Assembly (NCBI GenBank): GCA_041648255.1
Contig: JBAZPJ010000006.1
Span: 1 to 21,073, forward strand
DNA from: Candidatus Nanoarchaeia archaeon
GTDB lineage: Archaea; Nanobdellota; Nanobdellia; SCGC-AAA011-G17; GW2011-AR18
Direction of reading: 5' to 3'
Length of the DNA stretch: 21,073 nucleotides
Positions 1 to 6,461 of this stretch are shown here, piece after piece (within the stretch, counting starts at the first letter, position 1; each line of letters begins with the position of its first letter). The notes under the pieces are model-generated. The model ran no database searches. It worked only from the letters and a program-made list of their open reading frames with translations, and had not been told where the DNA came from. A program made the translations under genes and the position numbers.

Positions 1-114
1 ACACTTCATCAGGTATACTTAGGGTAATATGTGCCATATGTCAGTTATGTACGTTACATATTTAAGTAGTTTCCGGTTGAACTTTCTTTATCAAACAATT
101 TTTGCATGAGAAAT

Positions 115-579
115 TTATCTCTGTATCTGGATCCATACCAATGTCAACACAACAATTCCAATTATTACCACACCAAATGCAATTCCTACATAAATGAGAA
201 ATTTGTATCCTCGATGTCCAAATAAAATCTCCTCCTCTTTATGAATATACTCCGTCCAGGTCCTTCGGAAAAAAGAATGTAATGATAGCTTCGTTCCGGC
301 TAGAGGGAAAAACACTCTCACTACTCTTCTTCTTAAAGCAAGAATTGGTTCTAAAATATACATCCATATAAATATTAAGCCGAGGAGGGATATAACAAAC
401 CGTCCAACAATTTCCGTCTTATTTCTAACTATTAAACTGCTCAATAACAAAATTAGAAATAGCCAAGAAGCTACTGTTAACAGGTGATTGTAAGTTGTAT
501 TTCTAAACTCTTCAATATCTTTTTCTATTTCTCTTTTCTGCCTCTTACCCTTTTCCTTAAACGCTTTAACTTGGATCAT
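115..579 (-). CDS. hypothetical small membrane protein (about 3 hydrophobic helices)
   Basis: Intact 154-aa ORF. Its ATG overlaps the TGA stop of the upstream minus-strand gene (ATGA at 576-579), which suggests an operon. It has a charged N-terminus followed by long hydrophobic stretches. No recognisable family. Confidence 0.45.
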   Translation of the reverse strand: MIQVKAFKEKGKRQKREIEKDIEEFRNTTYNHLLTVASWLFLILLLSSLIVRNKTEIVGRFVISLLGLIFIWMYILEPILALRRRVVRVFFPLAGTKLSLHSFFRRTWTEYIHKEEEILFGHRGYKFLIYVGIAFGVVIIGIVVLTLVWIQIQR

Positions 580-1262
580 TTTAAAACGAGAATATTCCCC
601 CTTCCTTTCTTAATCTTTTCAATCTTCCCTTTACTTTCTAGTTCTGCGATCATTAACGAAACTTTAGCTTCAGACAGTGGAAAATGCTTTCTTAATTCTT
701 TTTGATTCATCCTGCCGCCTTCACTTTTAATTAATTCTATAATTTTATCTAAATCGTTCTTAGAAGGCAATTTCATTTCTTCTTTGAGTAGTTCTTTTTT
801 AATTTGATCAGGTTTTCTTTTAATTATAAATCTAGCTCCTGCAATTCCAATTAAACCTAGAATAATTAGAATAACAATCCAACTTGAATTAGAACCTCCC
901 TCCCACAAACTCTCTTCTAACAATGGATCATCAATCACAATCTCTTCAATCACTTCATCCTCAAACTCGGGAAAAATAAATAAATCAATAACATACGAAC
1001 CATCTGCCTTTACACTAATCCTCTCTTCAGCAACTTTCGAATTATTTACTTTAGCAATAATTGTGTAGTCTCTACCTGCAGGAACACTAAACCCGTATTC
1101 ACCCTCTTTCGCAACTAACCTTTGAACAGGAGAAGAATCAACTTCAACAACAACATTCTTTACTTTACTTAACGAAGCACTATAAATCGTCCCATGAATC
1201 TCTGCAGCAGTAACAGAAGAAATAACTAGAAGAAACATTACAAGTAGTAAATTAGCTTTCAT
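576..1262 (-). CDS. membrane-tethered winged-helix (MarR/ArsR-like) protein with an extracellular beta-sandwich (carboxypeptidase-regulatory-like) domain
   Basis: N-terminal signal peptide (MKANLLLVMFLLVISSVTAAE). Ig/CarboxypepD_reg-like segment (IHGTIY...GEYGFSVPAGRDYTIIAKV). Central TM helix (WIVILIILGLIGIAGARFII). C-terminal wHTH-like segment (DKIIELIKSEGGRMNQKELRKHFPLSEAKVSLMIAELESKGKIEKIKKGRGNILVL). Confidence 0.6.
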   Translation of the reverse strand: MKANLLLVMFLLVISSVTAAEIHGTIYSASLSKVKNVVVEVDSSPVQRLVAKEGEYGFSVPAGRDYTIIAKVNNSKVAEERISVKADGSYVIDLFIFPEFEDEVIEEIVIDDPLLEESLWEGGSNSSWIVILIILGLIGIAGARFIIKRKPDQIKKELLKEEMKLPSKNDLDKIIELIKSEGGRMNQKELRKHFPLSEAKVSLMIAELESKGKIEKIKKGRGNILVLK

Positions 1263-1434
1263 ACTTTCTTTTACTCTTAATTCCTATAAAACAGTTTCGT
1301 AAAGTAAGAGAAAGACAAAATGAGCTTTGTAAAGGGTTAAACGACTAGATCAAGCTTTAAATTTATGACTACGAAAGTATCTTTATAAAGAAAATTCCAA
1401 AAGAAGTCTTAACCAAAAAGTGTTGGAGGCAACA

Positions 1435-2553
1435 ATGAAAAAGATTATGAGTATATTTATGTTAAGCCTCTTCCTCATTAGTGCAATCCCTTTTGCACTT
1501 GCAGAAGAAGGAAGAGTAGAAGCAACAGCAACAGGAGAATTAAAGCCCTTATCATCTAGAACAGAAATACGTACTGAAATCAAAACAGAAAACGACGAAC
1601 GAAAAGGGGACAGCAAAGAACGTATTATTGAACGGCGTAAAGAGACGCAGGATAAACGAGAAGAATTCAAAGAGAAGAGAAGAGAAGAATTTCGCGACAT
1701 AAAAAAAGAAATGAGACAAGACTTACGATTAAAGATTGAAGAAAAAAGGAAAAACTTCTTAGAAGGCAAGAAAGAACTTCGCCTAGAATTCAGAGACCGA
1801 TTAAAATCCTGCAAAGGCGATGAAACTGAAAACTGTAAAACGACAAGAGGAGAAGCAAAAGTAGACGCACAAGCAAACCTCCTCCACGCAATTGACAGAA
1901 TCTTAATACACATCGATAAGATTCAAGAACGCATAGAAGACTCTCGAATGAGCATGAAAACAGAGCTTTTAACAGCATTAGAAACAGATGAGAAAAAGAT
2001 CTTAGCTTTACAAACGAACGTAGAAGCCTTAGGAGAAAACGTAACAGCTGAAGAATTAAGAACGTATTCTAAAGAACTAAAAGACTTATGGAAAAACATC
2101 CATCAAAACTTACGAATAAGCATTAGCGTTGGGGCAAACTTTGGAGTACACGGCGTCTTAGTACGAGCAGAAAAACTAGAAACACGACTCGACACTGTTC
2201 TTAAAGAATTAAAAGAACAAGGTGAAGACGTTACCACTGCTGAAAAAACAACAGCAAGCTTTAAGACCCATATTGAAAAAGCAAAGAACCTCTCCGGACA
2301 AGCAGACGCTAAATTTAAATTAGCTCTCAAATCCAGCGAAGAAAAAGAAGCCTTAGTTAAAGAAGGACACGACCTCTTAAAACAAGCAAGAGAAGAACTT
2401 GCAATGGCTCATAAAGACTTGAAAATTGCTGTAAAATTAATTAAACAACTTAAAAACGGAGCAACTAAACTTGCAGAGAAAACAGCAACAGTAGAAGCAG
2501 AGGTTCAAGCAGAACTTAACCCGTCTACGCCTGTAGTAGAATTAACCCTGTAA
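1435..2553 (+). CDS. secreted Lys/Glu-rich coiled-coil protein
   Basis: The ORF track starts at GTG 1420. ATG 1435 is the more likely start because GGAGG (1425-1429) lies 5 nt upstream. Signal peptide MKKIMSIFMLSLFLISAIPFALA, then highly charged heptad-like sequence. TAA stop followed by T-runs. Confidence 0.6.
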   Translation: MKKIMSIFMLSLFLISAIPFALAEEGRVEATATGELKPLSSRTEIRTEIKTENDERKGDSKERIIERRKETQDKREEFKEKRREEFRDIKKEMRQDLRLKIEEKRKNFLEGKKELRLEFRDRLKSCKGDETENCKTTRGEAKVDAQANLLHAIDRILIHIDKIQERIEDSRMSMKTELLTALETDEKKILALQTNVEALGENVTAEELRTYSKELKDLWKNIHQNLRISISVGANFGVHGVLVRAEKLETRLDTVLKELKEQGEDVTTAEKTTASFKTHIEKAKNLSGQADAKFKLALKSSEEKEALVKEGHDLLKQAREELAMAHKDLKIAVKLIKQLKNGATKLAEKTATVEAEVQAELNPSTPVVELTL

Positions 2554-2596
2554 AAAAGGGCTTCTTTCTTTTTTTATTTTTTAGAAACAATTTTCG
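2554..2596. terminator. T-rich bidirectional terminator region between convergent genes
   Basis: Oligo-T runs (ctttctttttttattttttag) lie between the stop at 2553 (+) and the stop at 2597 (-). Archaeal terminators are typically oligo-T tracts. Confidence 0.4.
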
Positions 2597-2899
2597 CTAA
2601 CATCCCATAAACAACATCAATTCTTCTTCCAATCGTATCCAACGAGCTTTATGCTTCTTCTTAAACTCAGGATGGCTTTCAAGAAAATCTCCAACAGCAT
2701 TCACCTTTTTAGTTAAGGTTCTTACTGTCTCGTTTGAAACACGCCTCGGATTCTCCTTAGCCCTCACTGTTAACTCCTTTACCTTCTTATCAATCTCTAC
2801 CAATCGCTCTAACAACATTCTTTCAAGATCAAATCCTTTAATCGATTCACGTCCTGAAACTTTAGAAGTCCACTCATCCCTTTCTACTTTTTCACCCAT
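2597..2899 (-). CDS. hypothetical protein (charged, helical)
   Basis: Intact 100-aa ORF in a gap not covered by other genes. No recognisable motif. Confidence 0.35.
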   Translation of the reverse strand: MGEKVERDEWTSKVSGRESIKGFDLERMLLERLVEIDKKVKELTVRAKENPRRVSNETVRTLTKKVNAVGDFLESHPEFKKKHKARWIRLEEELMLFMGC

Positions 2900-3001
2900 T
2901 CACACAGTGCTTTCTTATAAATATTTCTTTTAATTATCTGTCCGAAAACCTTAAAAGAATCAATAAACAGAATTAAATCTACAAAAAATGGAGGAACACC
3001 A

Positions 3002-3220
3002 ATGAAAACATTCTTAGCAGTCTTTATTTTAGGATTAGTTTTACTTGCAGCATGTTCAACAAACAGCCCGTCAACAGGTCCGACTGTCGCTCAAGAACCA
3101 ACACCTTTAGATCAATCTGTAGCACAACTAGACAACGAACAACCAGACAGTACTGATCCTGAACTCGCTGCAATGGACAAAGATTTACAAGGCATGGATG
3201 AAGACTTTAAAAATCTTTAA
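3002..3220 (+). CDS. small secreted lipoprotein-like protein
   Basis: GGAGG at 2990-2994 upstream of the ATG. Signal peptide with a lipobox-like LLAAC (MKTFLAVFILGLVLLAACS). Acidic, Pro/Gln-rich tail. T-run after the stop. Confidence 0.5.
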   Translation: MKTFLAVFILGLVLLAACSTNSPSTGPTVAQEPTPLDQSVAQLDNEQPDSTDPELAAMDKDLQGMDEDFKNL

Positions 3221-3273
3221 TCCTTTATTTTTTTTATAGATTTTAATTAAAGACTACTCTTTCTAATCTCTAA

Positions 3274-3345
3274 TTAAACGTTTTTCATGCGTCACTAACG
3301 ACAACTGCTCGATCAGCTTATAAATCCAAAAAATATACCTTCATT
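3274..3345 (+). promoter_or_regulatory. conserved promoter module, copy A (upstream of the Bro-N gene)
   Basis: The 75 nt ending at the ATG align without gaps to 5220-5294. About 33 of the first 38 positions are identical, including CATGCG-W-CACTAACGACAAC. A small hairpin (GCTcgatcAGC) follows, then a TATA-like GCTTATAAAT about 26 nt upstream of the ATG, implying a leaderless transcript. Confidence 0.6.
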
Positions 3346-4179
3346 ATGACTGATCAAACGAACACCCTCGCAGCTTTCCAAGGGAAAAACATTCGAAAAA
3401 CATGGCACAACAATGAATGGTGGTTCTCAGTAGTAGATGTTATTGAAGCATTAACAGACAGTAAAGATCCAACTGACTATTGGTACAGACTCAAAAAAAG
3501 AGAATTAGAGTCTTCAGAAATTGAACTATCGACATTTTGTCGACAGTTGAAATTACTCTCCCCTAATAACAAGAGCTATGAAGTAGACTGTGCAAATACC
3601 GAAGGCCTTTTTAGGATCATTCAGTCCATCCCCTCTCCAAAAGCAGAACCATTCAAACTCTGGCTCGCAAAAACAGGCTATCAACGCGTCCAAGAGATCG
3701 CAGACCCAGAATTAACCCAACAAAGAATGAAAGAACTCTATCGCACAAAAGGCTACTCAGACCAATGGATAGAAAAAAGAGTTAGAGGCATCGCAATCAG
3801 AGATGAATTAACAGACGAATGGAAACAGAGAGGTGTAACTGAAGAAAAAAACTTTGCCATCCTTACCGCAGAAATTTCCAAAGCTACATTCGACATGACT
3901 CCAGCAGAATATAAAGAGTTAAAGGGATTAAAGCAAGAAAACTTACGCGACCACATGAATGAACTAGAATTAATCTTTGGCATGCTTGGAGAAAAGGTTT
4001 CTACAGAAATTACTAAGACTGAAGACGCACAAGGCTATCCTGAATTAGAAGATGCAGCACAACGAGGCGGAAAGGTAGCAGGCAACGCACGAAAAGAAAC
4101 TGAAAAAGAATTAGGCCGTTCAATTACTTCAAAAAACAATTACTTAGCTGAACCTGAAAAGAAAAAAAGATTAAAATAA
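3346..4179 (+). CDS. Bro-N domain protein (BRO / phage-antirepressor, DinD-like family)
   Basis: The N-terminus FQGKNIRKTWHNNEWWFSVVDVIEALTDS matches the Bro-N signature (F..x..IR....WF.a.DV..aL). The C-terminal part (AEPFKLWLAKTGYQRVQEIADPE...IRDELTDEWKQRG) resembles the widespread DinD-like extension. Confidence 0.8.
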   Translation: MTDQTNTLAAFQGKNIRKTWHNNEWWFSVVDVIEALTDSKDPTDYWYRLKKRELESSEIELSTFCRQLKLLSPNNKSYEVDCANTEGLFRIIQSIPSPKAEPFKLWLAKTGYQRVQEIADPELTQQRMKELYRTKGYSDQWIEKRVRGIAIRDELTDEWKQRGVTEEKNFAILTAEISKATFDMTPAEYKELKGLKQENLRDHMNELELIFGMLGEKVSTEITKTEDAQGYPELEDAAQRGGKVAGNARKETEKELGRSITSKNNYLAEPEKKKRLK

Positions 4180-4191
4180 TAAATCAAGTTT

Positions 4192-4725
4192 TTAAACTAC
4201 ATTAATAGTAATCGCTTCATCAGAAGACAACTTTCCGTTCTTATATAGAGAAACTGTACAAACATATGTTCCCAATCCGGATTTTCCTCCCCTATCCACA
4301 ATTAACAAACCAAATGGTTCCTGCTGCCCGGATGTTAAAAGTCTCTCATTGGAAGTTGAACTCTCAGTCTCTCCAACTTCACACGTAAACTTTCTTTCCG
4401 GATTCTTCGCAGTTCGATCAGGCATACCTATCTTTATCTGGAACTTCTCCTCTTTCTCACCCATATTCTTGACTACAATACCGACCCCTTTGCTATCTCC
4501 CTGCTTTAAACTAATTGTCCTACTTGTCAGGGTTAATTCTTGTTCAATACTCCCTAAGTTTCCAATCGCTGATTCAGCCTGTTCAAAAGACTTACTTACT
4601 AAATCGTCTGTTTCTCCGAAAATGTTCTTCACAAATGCTAGGCCTAACGTTAAGAGAACAACACCGAGAATAATCACAATAACAGTCGTCATAGACAACT
4701 CAATCGCACCCTTCTTTGACATCAT
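4192..4725 (-). CDS. archaeal type IV pilin-like protein (class III signal peptide)
   Basis: N-terminus MMSKKG|AIELSMTTVIVIILGVVLLTLGLAF: a basic residue and Gly, then a hydrophobic helix, typical of prepilin-peptidase substrates. The rest is beta-rich with 2 Cys. Confidence 0.55.
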   Translation of the reverse strand: MMSKKGAIELSMTTVIVIILGVVLLTLGLAFVKNIFGETDDLVSKSFEQAESAIGNLGSIEQELTLTSRTISLKQGDSKGVGIVVKNMGEKEEKFQIKIGMPDRTAKNPERKFTCEVGETESSTSNERLLTSGQQEPFGLLIVDRGGKSGLGTYVCTVSLYKNGKLSSDEAITINVV

Positions 4726-4774
4726 TGCTGTTTTTAGCTGTCTAGAGTTATATAAAGATTACTCCTGCTTTCTT

Positions 4775-5161
4775 TTAATTTGGAAGAAAACTAGCTAGTG
4801 TTGTTTTCAAGGATTTCAGCTTTTGTTCTAACGCTGTTACATCCACTTGGACGACTTTAAGCTTTTTAATCTCACTTTCTATTCCTTCCATCCTCACTCG
4901 CAAATTTCTCTCTTTTTCTTTTTTAAAATCAGGATTGCTCATTTTTTTTAATGCTTTAAGTTCTATTTCCATCTCTATCAATCTTTTTTCTACATATCTA
5001 TACGCTTCCTTTTTCTCCCTTTCTCTTTCTTTCTCAAAGAGTTTCCTTCCTACTTCTCTACCCGCCTCGTTTTCTTTTTTTCTTTGTTCTTTCTCATCTG
5101 AACCAAATAAGGCTTCTTTGATTGATTTTAACATTGCTTTTAGATTTTTAAAAAAAGACAT
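4775..5161 (-). CDS. hypothetical Lys/Glu-rich coiled-coil protein
   Basis: Intact 128-aa ORF directly upstream of, and co-oriented with, the pilin-like gene. Strongly charged heptad-like sequence. No family assignment. Confidence 0.4.
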   Translation of the reverse strand: MSFFKNLKAMLKSIKEALFGSDEKEQRKKENEAGREVGRKLFEKEREREKKEAYRYVEKRLIEMEIELKALKKMSNPDFKKEKERNLRVRMEGIESEIKKLKVVQVDVTALEQKLKSLKTTLASFLPN

Positions 5162-5208
5162 ATTCTCTCTTTGATACAGTTCTATAAAAACTTTTGTAAA
5201 AAATAAAA

Positions 5209-5219
5209 AAATGGGGCGA
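5209..5219. repeat. direct repeat AAATGGGGCGA (copy 1), equal to the reverse complement of the tRNA-Phe 3' end plus TTT
   Basis: Identical 11-mer at 6211-6221. On the minus strand it reads TCGCCCCATTT and here runs straight into an oligo-T tract (TTTTTTTATTTTTT). Confidence 0.55.
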
Positions 5220-5291
5220 TTAAAAGTTTTACATGCGACACTAACGACAACCGCGCGTAACGCTTTTAAAGCAAAAAACTATTAACCTATC
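5220..5291 (+). promoter_or_regulatory. conserved promoter module, copy B (upstream of the LAGLIDADG gene)
   Basis: Gap-free alignment to 3274-3348 with the same 72-nt distance to the ATG. Core CATGCGACACTAACGACAAC, hairpin GCGcgtaaCGC, TATA-like GCTTTTAAAG about 26 nt upstream of ATG 5292. It begins exactly at the end of direct-repeat copy 1. Confidence 0.6.
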
Positions 5292-6236
5292 ATGGATTCT
5301 CTTAAAACACGCTATGGTTCAATTCCTTTCTCCGAGCTTAAAATATTTGATATTCCTGGATATCCTAAAATCCCTTTAAGTAATTATTTTGATAAGCTTG
5401 TTAATCCTCAAATAGATAAGAAAGCTACTAACATAAGAATAGAACTCAAAAACGGCAATCAAATACGAATTTCAACTTTGCAATTACAATCGTTAAATCC
5501 GTCTACACTTAAAACCTTACAAATTCTTAGTTCCCCTCATATTATTACCTATCCAAAATACCTTACACCCAAACTTGCTTATCTTGTCGGCTACCTTTAT
5601 GGTGACGGAGGGTTTAAAGATATTCGAAAAACGTATCTATGTTCAGGTAAATATGAATACAAGATGGTTGTTTCTGATGAGTTTGAATTACAAATTAAAG
5701 ATAGGATACAGGTTCTTTTTAGCGAAATTTTTAATCTTAATGCACCCCTTAGAAGAGAACGTCTCCTTAAAGGAGAGAATTTAGTCTATCTTAATCCTAC
5801 TTGTAAATTGGTTTATATTTTTCTTTCAAGAGTTTTTGACTTTCCAGAAGGAGCTAAAACCACTCTCCACATCCCTCGGCTGATTAAATCCGGCCCGATC
5901 CAAATTCAACAATGGTTTTTAAGAGGATTAATGGATTCAGACGGCGATGTTCGTGCTACGGAAGCTTGGACAGGTAAGTCTACTTCTTCTCCGCGTATAA
6001 AACTTAAACTAGCAGACAGAGTTTTTTTATTGGAAGCACAATCTCTCTTTCGAACAGCTTTTGAAATTAATTTTACCGGCCCCTACACGGATGATTATGG
6101 TGGATGGTATATTCAAATAGGTAAAGGTGGTGTTCTCAAAGCACATTCTTGTTCCCTATTTTATCATCCAGTTAAAGCTTGGAGATTGAATAGATTGAAA
6201 AAAATATTAGAAATGGGGCGAGAGGGACTTCCATGA
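5292..6236 (+). CDS. double-motif LAGLIDADG homing endonuclease, free-standing
   Basis: Two dodecapeptide motifs: LAYLVGYLYGDGGF and WFLRGLMDSDGDV, both keeping the acidic residue. The last 8 codons (6213-6236) are antisense to exon 4 and intron 3 of the tRNA-Phe gene. Flanking sequence looks neither rRNA-like nor intein-like. Confidence 0.85.
   Translation: MDSLKTRYGSIPFSELKIFDIPGYPKIPLSNYFDKLVNPQIDKKATNIRIELKNGNQIRISTLQLQSLNPSTLKTLQILSSPHIITYPKYLTPKLAYLVGYLYGDGGFKDIRKTYLCSGKYEYKMVVSDEFELQIKDRIQVLFSEIFNLNAPLRRERLLKGENLVYLNPTCKLVYIFLSRVFDFPEGAKTTLHIPRLIKSGPIQIQQWFLRGLMDSDGDVRATEAWTGKSTSSPRIKLKLADRVFLLEAQSLFRTAFEINFTGPYTDDYGGWYIQIGKGGVLKAHSCSLFYHPVKAWRLNRLKKILEMGREGLP
6211..6221. repeat. direct repeat AAATGGGGCGA (copy 2), overlapping the tRNA-Phe acceptor 3' strand
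   Basis: Identical to 5209-5219. On the minus strand it is TCGCCCC (positions 66-72) plus A73 plus TTT. Confidence 0.55.
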
Positions 6237-6356
6237 CTTTTGGTCAATTTGGACCCCCGACACCTACGTCTTCAGCGTAGTACTCTCCATAGCCACCTTT
6301 CGGTTCAGGCTGAGCTACCGTTCTGGTTCCTAAAGCCACGGCTTGTAAGAATCCCC
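6214..6356 (-). tRNA. tRNA-Phe(GAA) with three non-canonical introns (exons 6356-6353, 6320-6306, 6288-6248, 6227-6214)
   Basis: Minus strand reads GGGG[32 nt]CGGTAGCTCAGCCTG[17 nt]GGAGAGTACTACGCTGAAGACGTAGGTGTCGGGGGTCCAAA[20 nt]TCCCTCTCGCCCCA. After splicing it is 74 nt.
- Acceptor GGGGCGG/TCGCCCC, with G7-U66.
- D arm GCTC-AGCCTGGGA-GAGT, the conserved Phe-type UAGCUCAG..UGGGAGAG.
- Anticodon arm CTACG-CTGAAGA-CGTAG with U33, GAA at 6271-6273 and G37.
- Variable loop GTGTC.
- T arm GGGGG-TCCAAAT-CCCTC.
- Discriminator A73.

Intron 2 sits in a perfect hBHBh' motif (CTC-AGCC-TGA-ACC-gaaa-GGT-GGCT-ATG-GAG), as does intron 3 (GGGGG-TCCA-AAT-TGAC-caaaa-GTCA-TGGA-AGT-CCCTC). Intron 1 has a relaxed BHB (ATGG/CCAG central helix with one A-G mismatch, lower helix TTCTT/AGGAA). 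TATAAAAA lies at about -30 to -23. A T-run follows the 3' end. This is the only GC-rich island in the region. Confidence 0.8.
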
Positions 6357-6461
6357 ATGTGCTCAGTATAAAATCGGTTTTTTATACACTATAAAACCCT
6401 TTCGGTAGATTTCCAGATTTTCTTCAATAAACTATTTTAATACTAAACACTTAATTTCTCT

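Noticed and set aside
1337-1372. A possible third, partial copy of the conserved promoter module (TTAAACGAC..GATCAAGCTTTAAAT) upstream of the 1435 gene.
   Set aside because: Only the TAACGAC and GATCA-GCTT-TAAA pieces match, and the alignment needs gaps. This may simply reflect generic promoter composition, which is too weak to call.
1383-1913. Long antisense or nested ORFs inside confident genes. Examples: 484-705, 1383-1913, 1790-1978, 2103-2330, 3753-3983, 4349-4798, 4935-5174, 5575-5784, 7711-7893, 8067-8273, 8835-9437, 9264-9452, 9872-10054, 11608-12183, 12514-12762, 12536-12838, 13039-13221, 13249-13434, 14057-14287, 16754-16966, 17301-17504, 17939-18160, 18404-18607, 18437-18718, 19389-19652, 20316-20549.
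   Set aside because: Each lies wholly or largely inside, or antisense to, an ORF with clear family motifs or better coding character. Their translations are low-complexity Ser/Leu/Phe/Cys-rich strings, typical of the wrong frames of AT-rich, Lys/Glu-rich genes.
5220-6247. The idea that the LAGLIDADG ORF is encoded inside an intron of the tRNA, by analogy with rRNA intron-encoded homing endonucleases.
   Set aside because: The tRNA is complete within 6214-6356: a T-stem 3' strand (CCCTC) and the acceptor 3' strand lie immediately after the 20-nt intron 3. The sequence preceding the distal TCGCCCCA copy at 5212-5219 cannot pair with the T-stem. The ORF is also on the opposite strand.
6321-6352. 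Alternative exon 1 / intron 1 boundaries for the tRNA, or a trans-supplied (split) 5' piece.
   Set aside because: Only the GGGG|CGG junction gives an acceptor strand (GGGGCGG) complementary to TCGCCCC. A TATA box sits at the right distance upstream of G1. The boundary stays less certain than for introns 2 and 3, because the BHB is relaxed.
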